From contig CM060732.1 of NCBI GenBank assembly GCA_030704615.1, positions 30,132,001-30,196,000 of the forward strand: 64,000 nucleotides of DNA. Direction: 5' to 3'. This document shows, in pieces, positions 1-14,200 of the stretch. Numbering within the stretch: the stretch's first letter is position 1; every line of letters begins with the position of its first letter. The notes under the pieces were generated by a model, which saw only the letters and a list, made by a program, of their open reading frames with translations, ran no database searches and was not told where the DNA came from. A program made the translations under genes and the position numbers. The DNA is from Takakia lepidozioides (Eukaryota; Plantae; Bryophyta).

Positions 1-372
1 GTGGATAAGGCCATGTTATTTCACTTGGCAGGGTTGAGTTGGCAGCAATACTTGCATCACTTCAGTGCGATTTGTAGCCTATTGAATTTGGGCGCCCACA
101 ACATAGTGCATCTACTTTCCTCATTTAATACTTGATGTCTAATATTCATTCTACTATAGCATTAGAAACACCTATGGGGAGGTGTGTACCGTGATTGATT
201 TGTTCTCAACCAGATTGGCACAAATGTAACTTTGATTGCTCTGGCGCTCAAATCAACTCACATATCAATCAACCTGATTTGTAGGGTAAGCCTGCAGAAT
301 AACTTCATTACAGATGTTCACATGCTCTTCCTTCTCCTTGGGACACATTTATCATGAAATATTTCTCGGCAG

Positions 373-2433
373 GCATACATTTACTTGGAGGCACACAGCA
401 TAGGAGCCATCGGCAAAACTGGTTGACCCTTCCGACATTGATGTGATGACGCACTAAATCCTTTGGATCGTGTGGTGGCTACATTGCCGGGTCTGAGGTC
501 TGACTTTCTCTCTTTTCCTTTTCTAAGATGTTTGTCAGGGGAAAGATATGATTGTATCAAGACGGGACACATAACTGTTATCTCTTCGTGTTCAGGGGGC
601 CTTGATGGCTGCACAGGGCCCAGGGCCCATGAGCTCATGGGACAAAGTAGAACAACAAGACACCACTTCCAAACACGCCAAGTCGCTCCTGTCATTGTAC
701 TTGTGTACCCTTTGGCCTTTGGGTTTCCTGAAGTGGTTCTTGGTTTGTTTCACCCTGGACCGGGGATCTTGTGGCCGTCTGGAGGTTATAGAGTTTCTTT
801 CTTTCTATCTCTTTCTGACAACTTGCTCTTTTCTCCTGTTCCTGTTCTGACCTTGTCACTGGCTGTGCATGAGAGTGTTGGCAACCTTGGCCTGGGTTCC
901 ATAGCTTGGGGAACAACCCCAGAACCAACGCTGGGAGGGTCAGACTTTTTGTTCTGTGCCATCCAAAGGGTATCCTATGACATTAGAGTCAAATGCATTC
1001 ATATAGCAGGGATCGGAAGCTTAAGCACTACCACAAGCTTTGGGGATTGGTGTGTCTAATGCAGGAACTGGTGAAATATTTGAGGTTTGTGAGTTCCGAC
1101 CATCTCTATGCAACTGCTATGTCTCCACCAGCAGTGCAACAAACCATCTCTGCCCTTGAAGTCATAATGGGAGAAGATGGCAGCAACTGAGGCTAGCTAA
1201 ATACGTCAGATAACCTTACAACCATCTATCATTTATATGTACTGTGTAGAAGTTGATGTACTCATTTTACCTGGCTTGCCGCAGCCTTGTGGCTGTAGAC
1301 CCTACCTAGCTTGGAGGGAGCACAAGTGGTTGCTGCTTTTGGGATCAACTCTCAAACTGAGTGAGAAGGATACCTAAAATTTCGTTCTTTACCTTTCTTT
1401 AATTTCAATGTTGTTTTGAATATTGCAGGGGCTCAGAAGCTAGCACAGGTGTGGGAAAACAGCAATCTCTTTAGGGATGAACTTCGCAAAATGGGCTGTG
1501 AAGTGCTGGGTGATGCAGACTCACCAGTCATGCCAATTATGCTCTATAAACCTGGCAAGATTCCAGCGTTCTCCCGCGAGTGCTTGAAGCGTAATGTATG
1601 CCCCTCACTCCTCCCCCCCTTTTTTTTTTGTCTCTTCAAAGTCTTATCATAGTGGTACGGTCATAGAATGCAGTCTTCATGGAGGTTCACCTCTGGGTGT
1701 GCAGGTACGGTTGTTTCGGTGGCATTTCCTGCAACTCCCCTGTTACTGTCTAGGGCACGTATTTGCATCTTGGCGGCGCACACCCGTGAGGACCTTCAAC
1801 AAGGGCTTGAGGTTTTTACTTCATTATCCTGGAAGCTTACATTCTTTGTATTTCCGGGGACTTCACAGGTTTCAATTTGCCCACTATCGGCACATTTCTC
1901 TCGGGGCCTTTTTTGTTGACTTTACAAACTTCCTTCCATTCTTTGTCCCTCCCTCCCTCCCTCTCTCCTAGTCTACCTTTGAACAATAGACCGATGCAAA
2001 GACCCTAAAAAAGGTAGTGTCTGTTCCTCTCGTTCCGTCCAGACTGGGTGCTTGGTCTATGGCCACAACAACGTCTGATGAGTACATTCTCTCCTAGTCG
2101 CAGAGGCTTTGAAGACCTGAAGTGTCTGGCAGTTTGCCTGCATGACACTTCATCTTCAGGTGACACTTGCTGATTTTTAGTGATTTCTTGTTTTTAACCC
2201 CATGTCCCTCGGGCCGCAGTGGATGTTACCATTCCTTCTCTCCCCTGTTGGCATTATGAAGGTTTATGTGTTGTTTGTTCATTTAACATTCTGACACCTG
2301 TTGATTTTCTCCCCTTTTTGTACAGGTTATTGGTGAGGTCTGTGAGATGTGCCACCTGAAGTACTTTCCGGGTGGTGAGATGACAGAGAAGGATTATCCA
2401 CACCTCACATTCATGAATGACCCATTCGGCTAA
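373..2433 (+). pseudogene. LCB2: Serine palmitoyltransferase LCB2 subunit, 3' portion, disabled (exon remnants ~373-497, 1065-1191, 1429-1595, 1705-1811, 2326-2433)
   Basis: Peptides AYIYL-EAHSIGAIGKTG, TKSFGSCGGYIAGS, HLYATAMSPP, GAQKLAQVWENSNLFRDEL..DSPVMPIMLY..KIPAFSRECL, FPATPLLLSRARIC and LKYFP match LCB2. Lesions: Asp of DEAH missing, deletions around RGVCELLG and MMGTF, in-frame TGA at 1188-1190, and an apparent 1-nt frameshift at the start of exon 1705. Confidence 0.85.
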
Positions 2434-4379
2434 AATGCATTTTAGCCATGCTGCCAGTGGACTATTAATGTTACTGTGTAGAGGAATGAGTTTCCGCTCT
2501 TGAACGTAATTTTTCTCCAAGTTGTGGTTTCTGTGTCTCTGGTTGGGGGACCCCTCGTCCACAATGGTACAGGATTGGAGGGCCATTTTTTTTTTCTTGT
2601 AAAAGAAATTTTAGGACGCACTCTGGCTATGAGGGTGCAGTTCCCTGAGGTACTAATCCTTCTGGAGTTGGTGGTGGGGCGATATCTTCCAGACATTTAG
2701 ACAGACAGAAAACCTGTTGTTTAGGATAGGGAAATTACACACATCGGGACTAGTAGGGGTGATGGCGGGTCTCTCTCTCTCTCTCACACACACACGCACC
2801 TTACAGCTGGTCTTTTTCAGCCCAACGGTTTGCTGCATGGTAGAAAGTTGGGTTCATTGTGAATCATGCTTTATAATTTGAAGGAAGTTCATGTCAGTTT
2901 TGTTGGAGAGTTTAGGTGACTTCTTGTAAGCTTCTGTTTGACATGGTTTTTGAAGGAAGATTGTTCCTTTTCACCAAGATTGCTCTGCAGATATGGTCTG
3001 TGTGGCTTTTTGGGGTACCCTTTTGTTTTTGTCTTGAAAGGTGGACAATGAGAGAGCTGTCTCTACACTCCGGACATTATAGAGTGAAGTCTCTGGTTGG
3101 TGGGTGAGAAGCAGCCCGGCTGCCAGTGTGAGTAGACAAAAAGGACAGTATTTGATCCCTGCACTAGATGCTGAGGTTTCAATTCTCCAGCCCCCATCAT
3201 AGATCAATGAGTCAAATTTTGAATCATTTCATTATACTAATCTTGACATCTGTTCTGTGCCAGTTGACCGCTATGCAGTTTGTACTCAGAGAGCCAGTTT
3301 GCTTTATTTTCTGCGTGCGTACCTTTGGGCCCTTGTTTCATCGAAAGTCAGCATATGCAAAGGAGTCTGAAAAACAGAGCATTTGGCTTATAGGTATGAA
3401 ATCTGGAAAAATAATCACTCAGCTGCCTTTATTAGGAGGAAATTCGTCAGAATGAAGAATGGAGATTGAACAGGCCACGAAAGCACATGTGTTGTGATCT
3501 GCATGGTTGAAGACCACAATCTTCTTGGATGCGGAGATGAAGAGATACACCTATTTCCAGAAACAGACTTCGTATAAATGTTACTGTCTAGTATACAATG
3601 ATAGATTACATATTCTCCAATGAGGATTCATATGCCTGCTTAGAAATTTGCCTAGAGCTCAGCAAGCATCACATTGCCCTGTTGAGAACCCAGGCAGGCT
3701 CAAGTAACAAGAGTACTTTGATATTTGCCTGTGCCACAAGGGGTGAAGTGGAAATGGGCTCGGGAGAGGAGAGTTTTCTCTCTACCCATACGTCAATTGA
3801 GTTGCATAGACCTGGACCTTGTATTTTCTTAATCTGCAATTCATGAAATATGCTGCCCCAGATCGAATTCTTTCAATGGATTTGAAGCTTTCCTTACATC
3901 CAAAACTAGGCTTGAATCTAGCAAGGGGGGACATCCTATTAGCTTGACCCTTGCCCTGGAGAGCCCCCACAATCAAAAGATGTGAAGAGATAAGAGAAGC
4001 AACTGTATGGGTTATAGGTGAGAGAAGAGAGTGTGAACACCTTGAGACAGGAAAACTGTTGAAGGCCTGGTTGATTATGGTGGCCTTGCAGGTCCACAGT
4101 AAGTTGAGAAGGACTCCATTGAGGTGTTTCAAATTCACACTTGTTTGTTTTTAGCATTCCAGTGCATATCACTCCTTCTCTCTCATATTTTCCACACTCA
4201 TCTTTTGTGACTTGCATTCTGCATTGTATTGTTCGTTGGAAGGCCGCTGTCATCCAAGTTACACCTTCATCCAAGTGGCGATTCTGATACGGCAAAACAG
4301 AGTGTTTGGGTTTAGCCAGGAGTGCGGCACTGCCTGGGGTTTTGGTTTGTCGAGGATTTTGGGAGCTGCGAGGAAGACC

Positions 4380-7300
4380 ATGGAAATGGAGTCGATGCGC
4401 ACAACAGAGGAGCGTAGGGCCTCTCTGTCTGCGGGACCACGCCATGAACCTCCCCCTCATGCCTCTCTTTACCTTCTTCCAACTTACTGGTCTGTCTTTC
4501 TTTCTCTGTGGACGTTAAACAGTTTATTTCTTTCTCTTTTCTTATCTAGTGCTAAAATCATGATTTATGACCTTGCATAATGTAGTCAACGTAGAAAGAT
4601 GTAAAGGCAGAAGATGTCAACTTTTAATACGTCAAAATGTTTTCTTCTTAGCGGGTTTGTCGCCGCATGATGTACTGCGGAGCAAGTGTGAATTCTTCAA
4701 GCTTTCAAGAAGAGCCTACATCAATCTTAAGGCCTGTACATGGAGCTATGCATCGTCAAAATCAGTTGTTGGAAGTGGAGGAGGAGTGATTATTGTCAGT
4801 CTGACGCATTTCACAGATGTTGTAGTCAGCTCAACTTTCTGGTGACAGCTCGCATTAGATAATTTCTTTGCCTTCCAGGCGTTCCAGGTTCAAACGGATA
4901 ACGACTCTTCAGTTGTTTTCTTGACCACACGTTCGGAACCAGAACATATCGAACTGTAACCATGGTTGAGAGAATGTAAAATAAATAGAATGTTAACTTG
5001 TAAGGGAATGTAAAATTTCGCTTCCATCCGATCCACATTCACGTCCAATTCATCGTCAGGCAAAATTTTATAGGAGTTGGTCAACATAAACTTGCTGCTC
5101 AATTGAGACCAGATTGGCCCTGCCATTTGACATTTTGATGTTGATGTTGGTTTCTGGCAGGGATAAGAGGTTTGCAACAGAGCAGCATTATGAGTGGTTT
5201 AAAGAGTACTCTCATTTTCGGCATCTCCTTTTGTCCTACATCAAACCAACTGATCGGGTGAACAAACGATGACGAACAAGTGATTAATGTTTGTTTACAT
5301 GCTTGAGAGAAAGAACTATATAGCTTCGCATAAGCTGGGATGCGTACGTTAAATTGGATAGCATGGATCCCATGAGACACTATTCTGGGCAATATTCTTA
5401 ACATTAAGCTTCCCTCGTGAGTTTGAAATTCCCACTTGCTTTAATTAATTTGTACAAACTAGTTGAATGTTTCTTATTTGTCAGGTGCTAGAGGTGGGAG
5501 CAGGATCCTCACGTCTGAGTGAAGAGATGTATAAGGATGGTATCACACGTATAACATGCACAGATCTGTCACCTATCGCTGTTGAGCATATGCAAGAGAG
5601 GTTCCAAGCAACTCCAGGTCTGATGTCTCATCTCGCGACTGTTTCGTGGCTTTGTAGCACGTAGGCAGAGATTATGTATTAATGGTCAAAGATCCAGAAA
5701 AACAGTTAAGGTCAGTTTATTTGATGTTTAGGGTTGTGCCTTTTTGTTGGTCATATCTAGCTACTCTTCTCCATTGTGTCAGTTGGTGTCTCTGCTACTA
5801 AAGTCATGAAAACAGCCCTTTCCTCAGATTCTTGGTTCCTCCTGTTGCCATTTATCTCCTTGGTGCCATGAGAGGTGATTTTTATAGATTTAATGTTTTC
5901 TGGAAGATCCCTGATGAAACCAGCCACTAATCTGGGTATTGACTTGGCTACCCAGATCTGAAATAGATAGAGTCTATTTGTTTCTGTCTGTCAGACAATT
6001 GAAAGACATCTTTCCTGCATCCATAAGAAGAAATTGACTTGGAATCTGGATTTGCTAAGGAGTGGCTTATGTGGTTGTCTGCATACCATGCATGTAACAG
6101 GCATGGTGGCGGCAGAGGCGGACATGTTGAATCTCCCATTTGATGATCACAGCTTTGATGTGGTTATCGAAAAGGGTGCCCTGGTAAGTCCTCCTACCTC
6201 TTACAACATATTGTGATGAACATGGGTGTCCCTTTGCTAGTGAGCTTCTTGAGGCTCCTCTTTCTCTCTTTCAATGGTATGCTTTGTAGTGTTATGCCTT
6301 CGTCAGGTAGAGTTCCCCACCTGCGAGTGCAAACCTTGGGACTTGCTCCAGACAGGTAATTATAGGGGAATGATTCAAGGGTGTGTTATTGATGAGATCC
6401 AGTGTCTTCCTTCCTCTTCTCTCACTGGACTAGTAAGTGACAACGTTCATTGTCTGTTTTTTCTTAGATAACCCTGTTGTCTTAGGATGTACTTTTTGTG
6501 GACAGTGGTGATCCATGGAAGCCGAAGCTGGAGGTGACAAACAGGGTGCACTCCATGCTGACAGAGACTCACCGTGTTTTGGTCCCAACAGGCCTCTTCA
6601 TTTCCATAGCTTTTGGCCAGGTGTGGGCTCTGTTTGATTTGAAGTTTCTATCTGCTTTCTCTTTCTTAAATTGCTTTCCTTCTACAGGAAGTGTTTTAAG
6701 TGGACTGGGTGAAACTAATGCAGATGCTGGGGCCTTGGAGGGTAGATCTCCCTTGTCTCTATCCTAACGTTAATATTTATAGTATGGACCTCATGTTAAG
6801 TTATTTACTGACTACAGAAGACAAACCTTCTGACACCAAGCACATCTGCTGTCCTGGCAGCCACACTTCAGGCGACCGTTGTTTGAGGCAGAGGGCTTCA
6901 CATGGTCAATGCAATGGGTGACTTTTGGCGACACCTTCCACTACTTCTTCTATATGCTGCGCAAGGTATGGTTTTGTTTGCTTCAATATTAAGTCTCAAT
7001 TGCATGACATCTGTGCCCTCCTGATGTTTCTGTCTTTAACCTCAGTTAATACGAGCTAGAGCACAGTAATCACGACTAGCTGTGAAAGAGCTCCAGCAGT
7101 TTTCTGAGGTTGTGACTGTACCAGGGAGGGGTCGTATCTCATGGGATGAGTTATGATGTTTTCTCCCTGCCTCTTTCCTGCTCCATTCGAATTGGGTGTG
7201 GAATTCATGTCTCCGGATTATACCACCCCCCCCGCCCCCCCCACCATGGCTCCTACCTAGACTTGTCCCACTCAGCCTTGCAGTGCCCAGACATTGGCTT

Positions 7301-7970
7301 CATCCAAGGTTGTCCCTCTCTAGGCGTCCCCAAAGCCTGCCCTTAAAGACCAACCGAGTTGGGCACGCCTTGACTCACAGTCAACCTCTCCCAAGTCCGC
7401 AGGGATTTGCTGCTGTATCTTGATATCATCAAGAACAATCTTAAGTTATGACATAATCTCACCATCCCTTCCCTCAAAGCCCTCCACCTCATTGCTGCCA
7501 GATCCCTCACTTTGTTGAGTTTCAACTAACTAAGTAAAAGGTGGACAAAGTGTGCAGCAGTCTACTATTTAAGATAAGAGTCCACCCCTAAAATGCCTAA
7601 AAGGGCGCAGTGGAACTGTGGAAGAGACTCTTACTTTTGGTGGCTTTGGTTGGTGTCATTCTCTCTCTCAAGCCTGTTGTTTAGAGAGTATGGCAAGAAC
7701 GTTCCAACAGCACGTCTCATTCTCCTCCCAGATCACTTGTCAATTTGTTGGCATGTCTGGGTACCATATTGGGTCAAATGTTTCGCATAATATATAGAAA
7801 CTGTTGTTATTCTACTCATAATCTTCATTTTCTCTGTCATGCAGGGTACTGCAATTTTCAAGCCTGTTCCTATGGGTCCCAGCACCCTGGGAGAGAAGGT
7901 AAATATGGAGCATGAGCACATGGATAGTGAAGACTTTTTGTTGCATTCAACACTCCTCGATGATGACTAG
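4380..7970 (+). CDS. EEF1AKMT4: SAM-dependent methyltransferase, EEF1A lysine methyltransferase 4 / METTL13 N-terminal-like. Exons 4380-4489, 5161-5257, 5485-5617, 6101-6183, 6486-6620, 6861-6965, 7845-7970 (~262 aa)
   Basis: All introns are GT-AG and phases are consistent. Motifs YW-DKRF..YEWFK, VLEVGAGSS (motif I), ADMLNLPFDDHSFDVVIEKGALD, HRVLVPTGLFISIAFGQPHFRRP, TFGDTFHYFFY. Confidence 0.88.
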
Positions 7971-9442
7971 TTGTCCGTCTATCAGGGCCCGTGTGATTCA
8001 ATCGGGGCTAGTCTGCACTCATGAAATTTTAGTTTCGACTTGAGCATATGAAGTGTGTGGAGCAAGTTACAATCTCCATGGTGAAAAGTCATGCTTGCCT
8101 TTCAAAGTGGAAGTTTATGCCCTGTGCTGCCCCTCACAAACATAGAACCCATCCTTGGCAATTATTTGGGTTCCTTTAAGAACAACTACAAATATGAATG
8201 CTTCAAGAATTAACCACACAGGGTTTGTGATGTTGTATACTACACTTCCAGCTCTTAAGACAGGTGCGGTAGTGAACCATAGGACTGCAATCATTCAAAC
8301 CCCCTTCACTTCTATGATCAACCAACCAACCTTCGCTCAAGTGCACAATGATATCATGGCCGTACAAGACGGGGCGGAAAGAAAATAGAAGATTGCACTA
8401 AGCCGTGGCATGTTGCACCTGTGCTTCAGTGGAGAAGAAGAGCATCTCTACAGTGGTGAGTAGTACAATAGAATTGGTAGTTTGTTGAGTAGCTTGTGGT
8501 GGATTGCAAACAAAAGCAGAGTTGGGCGGTGATGGAATGATGAGTGTTGGTTGGACACTCCATCAACATGTTTCAGAGAGTAATATCCTGTCAACGCTTC
8601 TCAGATGTGGGTCAAGAGAAGCACCTCATGGAAGTCTTTCAAGGACGTACAAGCCTTGTCACTTTGAACCCATAACTATCGTCTGTCTCAGTGATTATTA
8701 TGAAGGGTTGTACCGTCCGTGAGTCGCATCTGAGCGTTAAGGTTTGTAAGAGTATGATAACTTAGCAAGGCTGACACTAAGTTAAGTTTGTTGACTCATG
8801 TTTGTTGCTCTCTTTCGCGGAAGCCAAGGGGGTGGGGGTAAGTAAGCGGTGACCGCTCAATCTCAAACTTTCTATTTCTGAACTCTAAAATTCACAGCTC
8901 CTTCCTCATCAGAACTTCATCGCACCAACTTCAGTGAACAATTTGGTTCACACTCGCTCTATTTCTGAGCTTCCACAGCTGTTTCCAGCCTACGTTAGAG
9001 CTCTGTAGCATCAATGCTCCAAATGCACCTCACCAACTGACAGTGGAGTGCTTGCCATTATATTCTACACACCAAGTGCTTGCTTATAAATTCTAGCAAA
9101 CATCTTTTGACAATGGGATTGCAAGCTTTGGGCTTTTTAGGTTTGCAACAAGTGGCTCAGAGCCGATGAGAAGAGAGAGTCCTGCCCTACAAAATAAATT
9201 TATTCCTCAGGATGAATGAGAATCATTATTTCATCCAAACTGAATGAAATTGTGAAAATGAAGGAGTAAGTGTTTTCCAAACCGTTTGATGAATAAAAAG
9301 TAAGGCATTGAGAAATTTGAAAGAAAAACATCCAAATTTTTTTTGACTTACCGAAAAAAATTATTTTGTTTTTGGAAAAGGGAGCGTGGGACTGCAGGTC
9401 ACGTGAGGCACGTCCGCGACACGTGAGGAGAAAACAGTAATA

Positions 9443-10308
9443 CAGTCGACCCTCCTTTATTGTTACGCCTTGAGAGTAAGAAAAAAATAACAATAACAGA
9501 GTGATAACATATTACCAATTAAAGAGGGCGACCAAGACTCTTCTTAACATTTATCCATGTCACAGTAAACCAGGGATGATTTCAAAAAAGAGTTACACGT
9601 CAAATCGACTGAAAATTCTGTCAATAGTGTCATGTCGACAATTTGCAACCTGCAACGTAAATAACTTAGACTATTTTCTACAGATCTAACCCTATTAGAA
9701 AGTCTCTCAACCAACCACCGAGGGTGGTTGTTCTAGAAACATATTAATCACTTTGAATTCCTCCTGAACATTGGAAAATGTCACTTGTGCCACTGGATAT
9801 AAAATAGGTTCGTTAGGTTCGTCTTCGTCATCTTCAGTTTCAACGTTTGCACAAGGATCAATGAGTTCCCAGGCTTTCCGTAGGTGCATATGGAGTGTTC
9901 AAACCGTGTTCTTCCTCGTAATGAACAAATTCGTGAACCCCCCATAGTCAGAAACGTAACTATATTGCATTATACAGAGCCAATTTGCTAGACATCCATC
10001 CCTATATTAATTCAGAAATTTAATCGTCACATGTGGGTGGTTCCACATTATTTATTTCTTAATGAAATGTCAATGGAAATATTTATGTTTCAACCTACTT
10101 TAGGCGGCCTTCACTGTACTTTCCTAACAAAGAGGTGGACATAACGTATATCAAGGGTCACTTTACAAAGGAGGGAGTACCATTTGTGTAACGTTTAACA
10201 TATAACATCCCTACTGCCGCATAGTGTAAAATTTTAGGGAGTAAAAAAAAGATAACAATTACACCCCTTATAACACATAAAGAGGGCACATTTGGCCAGG
10301 GTTGACTG
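9443..10308 (-). mobile_element. Non-autonomous pogo/Tc1-mariner-like DNA transposon (deletion derivative)
   Basis: TA|CAGTCGACCCT at 9441-9453 and AGGGTTGACTG|TA at 10298-10310 form terminal inverted repeats with a TA target duplication. The internal minus-strand acidic remnant (ETEDDEDEPNEP..VTFSNVQEEFKVINMFLEQ) resembles pogo transposase C-termini. Confidence 0.6.
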
Positions 10309-11209
10309 TAATGTTTTACTAGGGTCAAATTTTACTTACAAAACAGTCTGTCAGTGGGCCCCATTGGACAGGCCTGGATCGTTGAGGCAGGAGGAAACTG
10401 TCCAACAAAAATCATCCATTCAGCAAACCCAGTATACTGACCCTTGTCTTGGACTAGACCAGTAAAATTTACCAATTACCAATTACCACCTTCCATTCAC
10501 ATTCTCAGATGTTCCAGTTAGCTCATAGTAAATAAGAAGCAAATATATACATACAGATTATTCACAGTGATGTTTGGAATGTTTGATATAACTTACCTCC
10601 ATCTTTTTTCTATTTTTTATTTTCAAACAAAGGGGATGGATGAAAGTCAGACTCCAAGAAACTGAGATTTGAAAAGGAAAAATATGAGATTTGAGAACTC
10701 TCAGTGTTTCATACTTGAAAAAAAAGATTAAAAGGGGGTTTCATAGTAAAGAGAGATTAGTGTGGGAGGTAAGTTAGTTGGTAGTTGTAGGACGTGATTG
10801 GGTGGCAGCCGCCAAGTGCAGGTACTTACGACAGGAAATACATCCTTGAGCTCTGGCTATGGCGGCACTACGGATATTCGTGCAGCTTTGGAGTAGTTTA
10901 GCGGGGGCGGTGCCACTCCATCTGCCACCCTGCTGTCCACTGGGAACGCGTCTATAATATTTGAGGCAGTGTGGAGAAGGGTCTCGCAACTTCCTGGATA
11001 CGAGTAGAGCCTTGATTGAGTTGCTGTTGTTGGGTGCCCGGAAGTGAAGGGGAGGAGAGACGGAAGAGGCGCTTCAACTGATAGGGAGATGTAACTCAGT
11101 GACACAGGACTGATAATGAGCTGAAAAAATATTCCAGGTTAAGATCACTGACTGCCGAAAGGTCTGCCGACACGATTCCAAGGGACGGAAGATAGAGAGC
11201 TGTCACGAA

Positions 11210-14200
11210 ATGGCCAAAGATCAGATACCTTCGAAAACTATTGAGATGCAACGTCGGTTCAAAGGTGACACCAATGTGGGCGATAGCTCGATCACCTTCT
11301 CATTGGATCATGTACTGTTGCAGGAAACCGGCGTGCTGCGATCAGTAGTGATGGAGCAGAGTGTACAGGAACGTACAATCCCACCACACCAGGGCCCCTT
11401 AATTCCAAGCTGCAAGGAGAACCTTGAGGCTTTTTTATCATCCCGCTTGAAGGATCAACTTGAAGGTTCCGAAAGCAGATTCATAGACAGTCCATTAAAG
11501 GGTGGAGAGTCCAGGGTCTCTAAAGTCGAATTGGGTGTGGAAGCTCTTTTTGAGGGCGTTGCGGTGCCAAACTGGCAAGATCAACTCACATTTCGATCAC
11601 TCGTTGTGGGCACTTTTTTAGGTGTATTGTTTAGTATCATCACTCATAAGCTTGCATTGACTGTGGGCATCATCCCTTCCTTCAACATTGCAGCGGGTCT
11701 TTTGGGTTTCTTCGTCATGAAGTCATGGTCGGGCATGCTTACGAAAGCTGGTCTGTTGAGCAAACCCTTCACACGCCAGGAAAATACAATTATTCAGACT
11801 TGCGTGGTTGCGTGTAGTGATCTTGCGTTCAGTGGTAAGTTTTTTTGGCGGGCTGAAGTTCTTAGCAGGAGAGACAGAGAAAGAGGCGAGATTCACTAGT
11901 ATATTAATTGAGATTATGTACATGTATGTGTTGAAGAGATACTGACTTGACATGAAGCGGGTGCGGAGCGTTGAGAGGGAGAGCTGGAGAGCTCGAGACA
12001 TCGTGCCGTGCGTGGGTGTCGATCACTGTGCTAGAAGAAGACTTCGGCCAAAGCCGGCCTAACTAAGAGCCACGTCGTCTTGCGTTACTTCCCCAGAGCT
12101 CTCCCTTTCCGGGGGGGGGGCTTCCTTCTGCTAAACTGTACCTAGCGATAATTAGGAGGAACATACGAACGCAACTCTGGACAGGGAATTTTGAGTGCAA
12201 CCCTCTCGACAAACTGAAACCCGTATAGCTGATGGCCTATTGTTGCCAATGGTGAGTTTGACACTGTCATTAAGTTGCCGTGGGCTTGAGTGCAGGGGGA
12301 TTCAGCACATATCTGTTGGCTATGGATCAGCAAAGCTATGAGAACTTGAAAGGGCAGACTGGCAACCACCTCGAAGATGTCTATGCACCCAGCCTAAGCC
12401 GGATCATTCCCTATCTTCTTGTCATCAGTCTTGGTGGTGTTGTTGCACTCGTTCCTCTCCGCAAGGTCCCTTCCTTCACAATCTAAGAGCTAAAAGTAAA
12501 TAAAGCCCGTGATGAGATCCTGTGTTTGACATCTAGCCGAGTCTATGCAGTTGGCATGATTGACAATTCGTTGTTCCACCGAGGGGCCTAGAAATCTGCT
12601 GTTTCATCTTCCTTGGTTGTTCAAGGCGAGGTGAACCGATACACAAACGAGAGTTATGTACAGAACCTTAATGTAACTTACATCCCTAGCTAGCTAGCAC
12701 ATTCCCCCACCATGTGACATTCCGCGCAGGCCTCATACATTTGAAACATTGAACTATTCATACACATGTCCAGAACAAACCTTAAAATTGAGGTCTGCAG
12801 CGGTGTATGAGTATGATACAAAGAGAGAGAGACTGACTCCTGGCGATATGTATTGCAGATATTGGTTATTGAATACGAGCTCACATATCACACTGGGACG
12901 GCGACAGGCGTGCTAATCAACAGCTTTCACACTCCCCAGGGTGCTGCTGAGGCAAAGTACTGATCTTCTCCATTCTGTATTAGCTTTGATTAACGTTCTC
13001 CTCGTGAAATAGGGTGAGGTATACGCGTGCCAACATTAAAAGCAAGGGCGAAATTGAGAGAGAGACGCTGACTAGCCTGGGTGGGGGTTTCTGCCAATCT
13101 GGACACAGAAAGCAAGTGAATTGCTTGGCTAAATACTTCACCATCAGTTTTTTGTGGAGCTTATTCAAATGGTTCTTCTCCGGCGTTGGTAACACCTGTG
13201 GCTTCGACAACTTTCCGTCTCTTGGATTGAAGGCTTTTGAAAACAGGTAGGGCTCACTCAAGCTCTAAGTTCAATGCCACACAACAGGGACCCTGGCGCT
13301 GTGCTCTACGCCTCATCTCCTCTCGCATGGCTGTGAATGGATGAGTACTAGTTTAATAGATTCTCACCATCCAGCCATCGTAAGAAGCAAGCTCGAGTTT
13401 CTTCTTCTGGATCTCCCCGGTTTGCATTTAGATTGTGGAGAGATGTGAACTCCTTTTACAAGTGAGGCAATGTAACCCATCAATGATCAGGCAGGGAACA
13501 GTTGCAGGGACTTGAGCTCCTCCTCTCTCCTCCCTCTGCATTCAGTGTGTCTACAAAGAGGGCCCAAAGCTCTCAATGTTTATGGTGGTGCTGGGAAACA
13601 TTCCTCGTTGATGTGTTGAGAAATATCTGAAGCACGTGAACTTTGGATCTCGGTATATTACCTATCCTTGAGGGCATGGTCATGACGGAATAGTAGTCCT
13701 CCTCGAGCCTGCTGTGGGCTCAAGGTACTAATTCCACCAAAGAAGTATTCCAATGACCTGGAGTCAACTGAGTAGTACAATAAGGTAAGTCTGCATTGAC
13801 ATCTTTAGCACATGTGCTGATCCAGCACCAATGGTGACAGAAACAGTTAATGACAGCACTTGAGCCTCCCTGGTAACACATGCGATTGAATATATTTGAT
13901 AAACAGATTCTACTTCAATTTTGCGTTGCCCTATGTTGGCATAGGCATGATCTGCCCTCATATCGTATCCTGGTCTGTGTTGCTGGGAGGCATTATATCA
14001 TGGGGCATTATGTGGCCTCTCGTTGAGAATCAGGCGGGCAACTGGTTTCCAAAGAACCTCCAATCATACGACTTCGAGGGCATCAATGGCTACCGGGTAA
14101 GGCTTACCCTGGTGCGCTGCTATTTCTGACTCTTCCTGCTGTCTTAAAACTCCAGATGTTTGGATAAAAAATCTTAGATACCTGTTTCCCAGAGGATTAC

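Noticed and set aside
463-1059. 198-aa ORF
   Set aside because: Lies almost entirely within an LCB2 intron and has no recognisable motifs.
1188-1190. Stop codon repaired by U-to-C RNA editing
   Set aside because: Such editing is organellar; this is a nuclear gene with additional deletions.
7100-7560. LINE ORF1-like remnant in the last methyltransferase intron
   Set aside because: Similarity too weak to support by eye.
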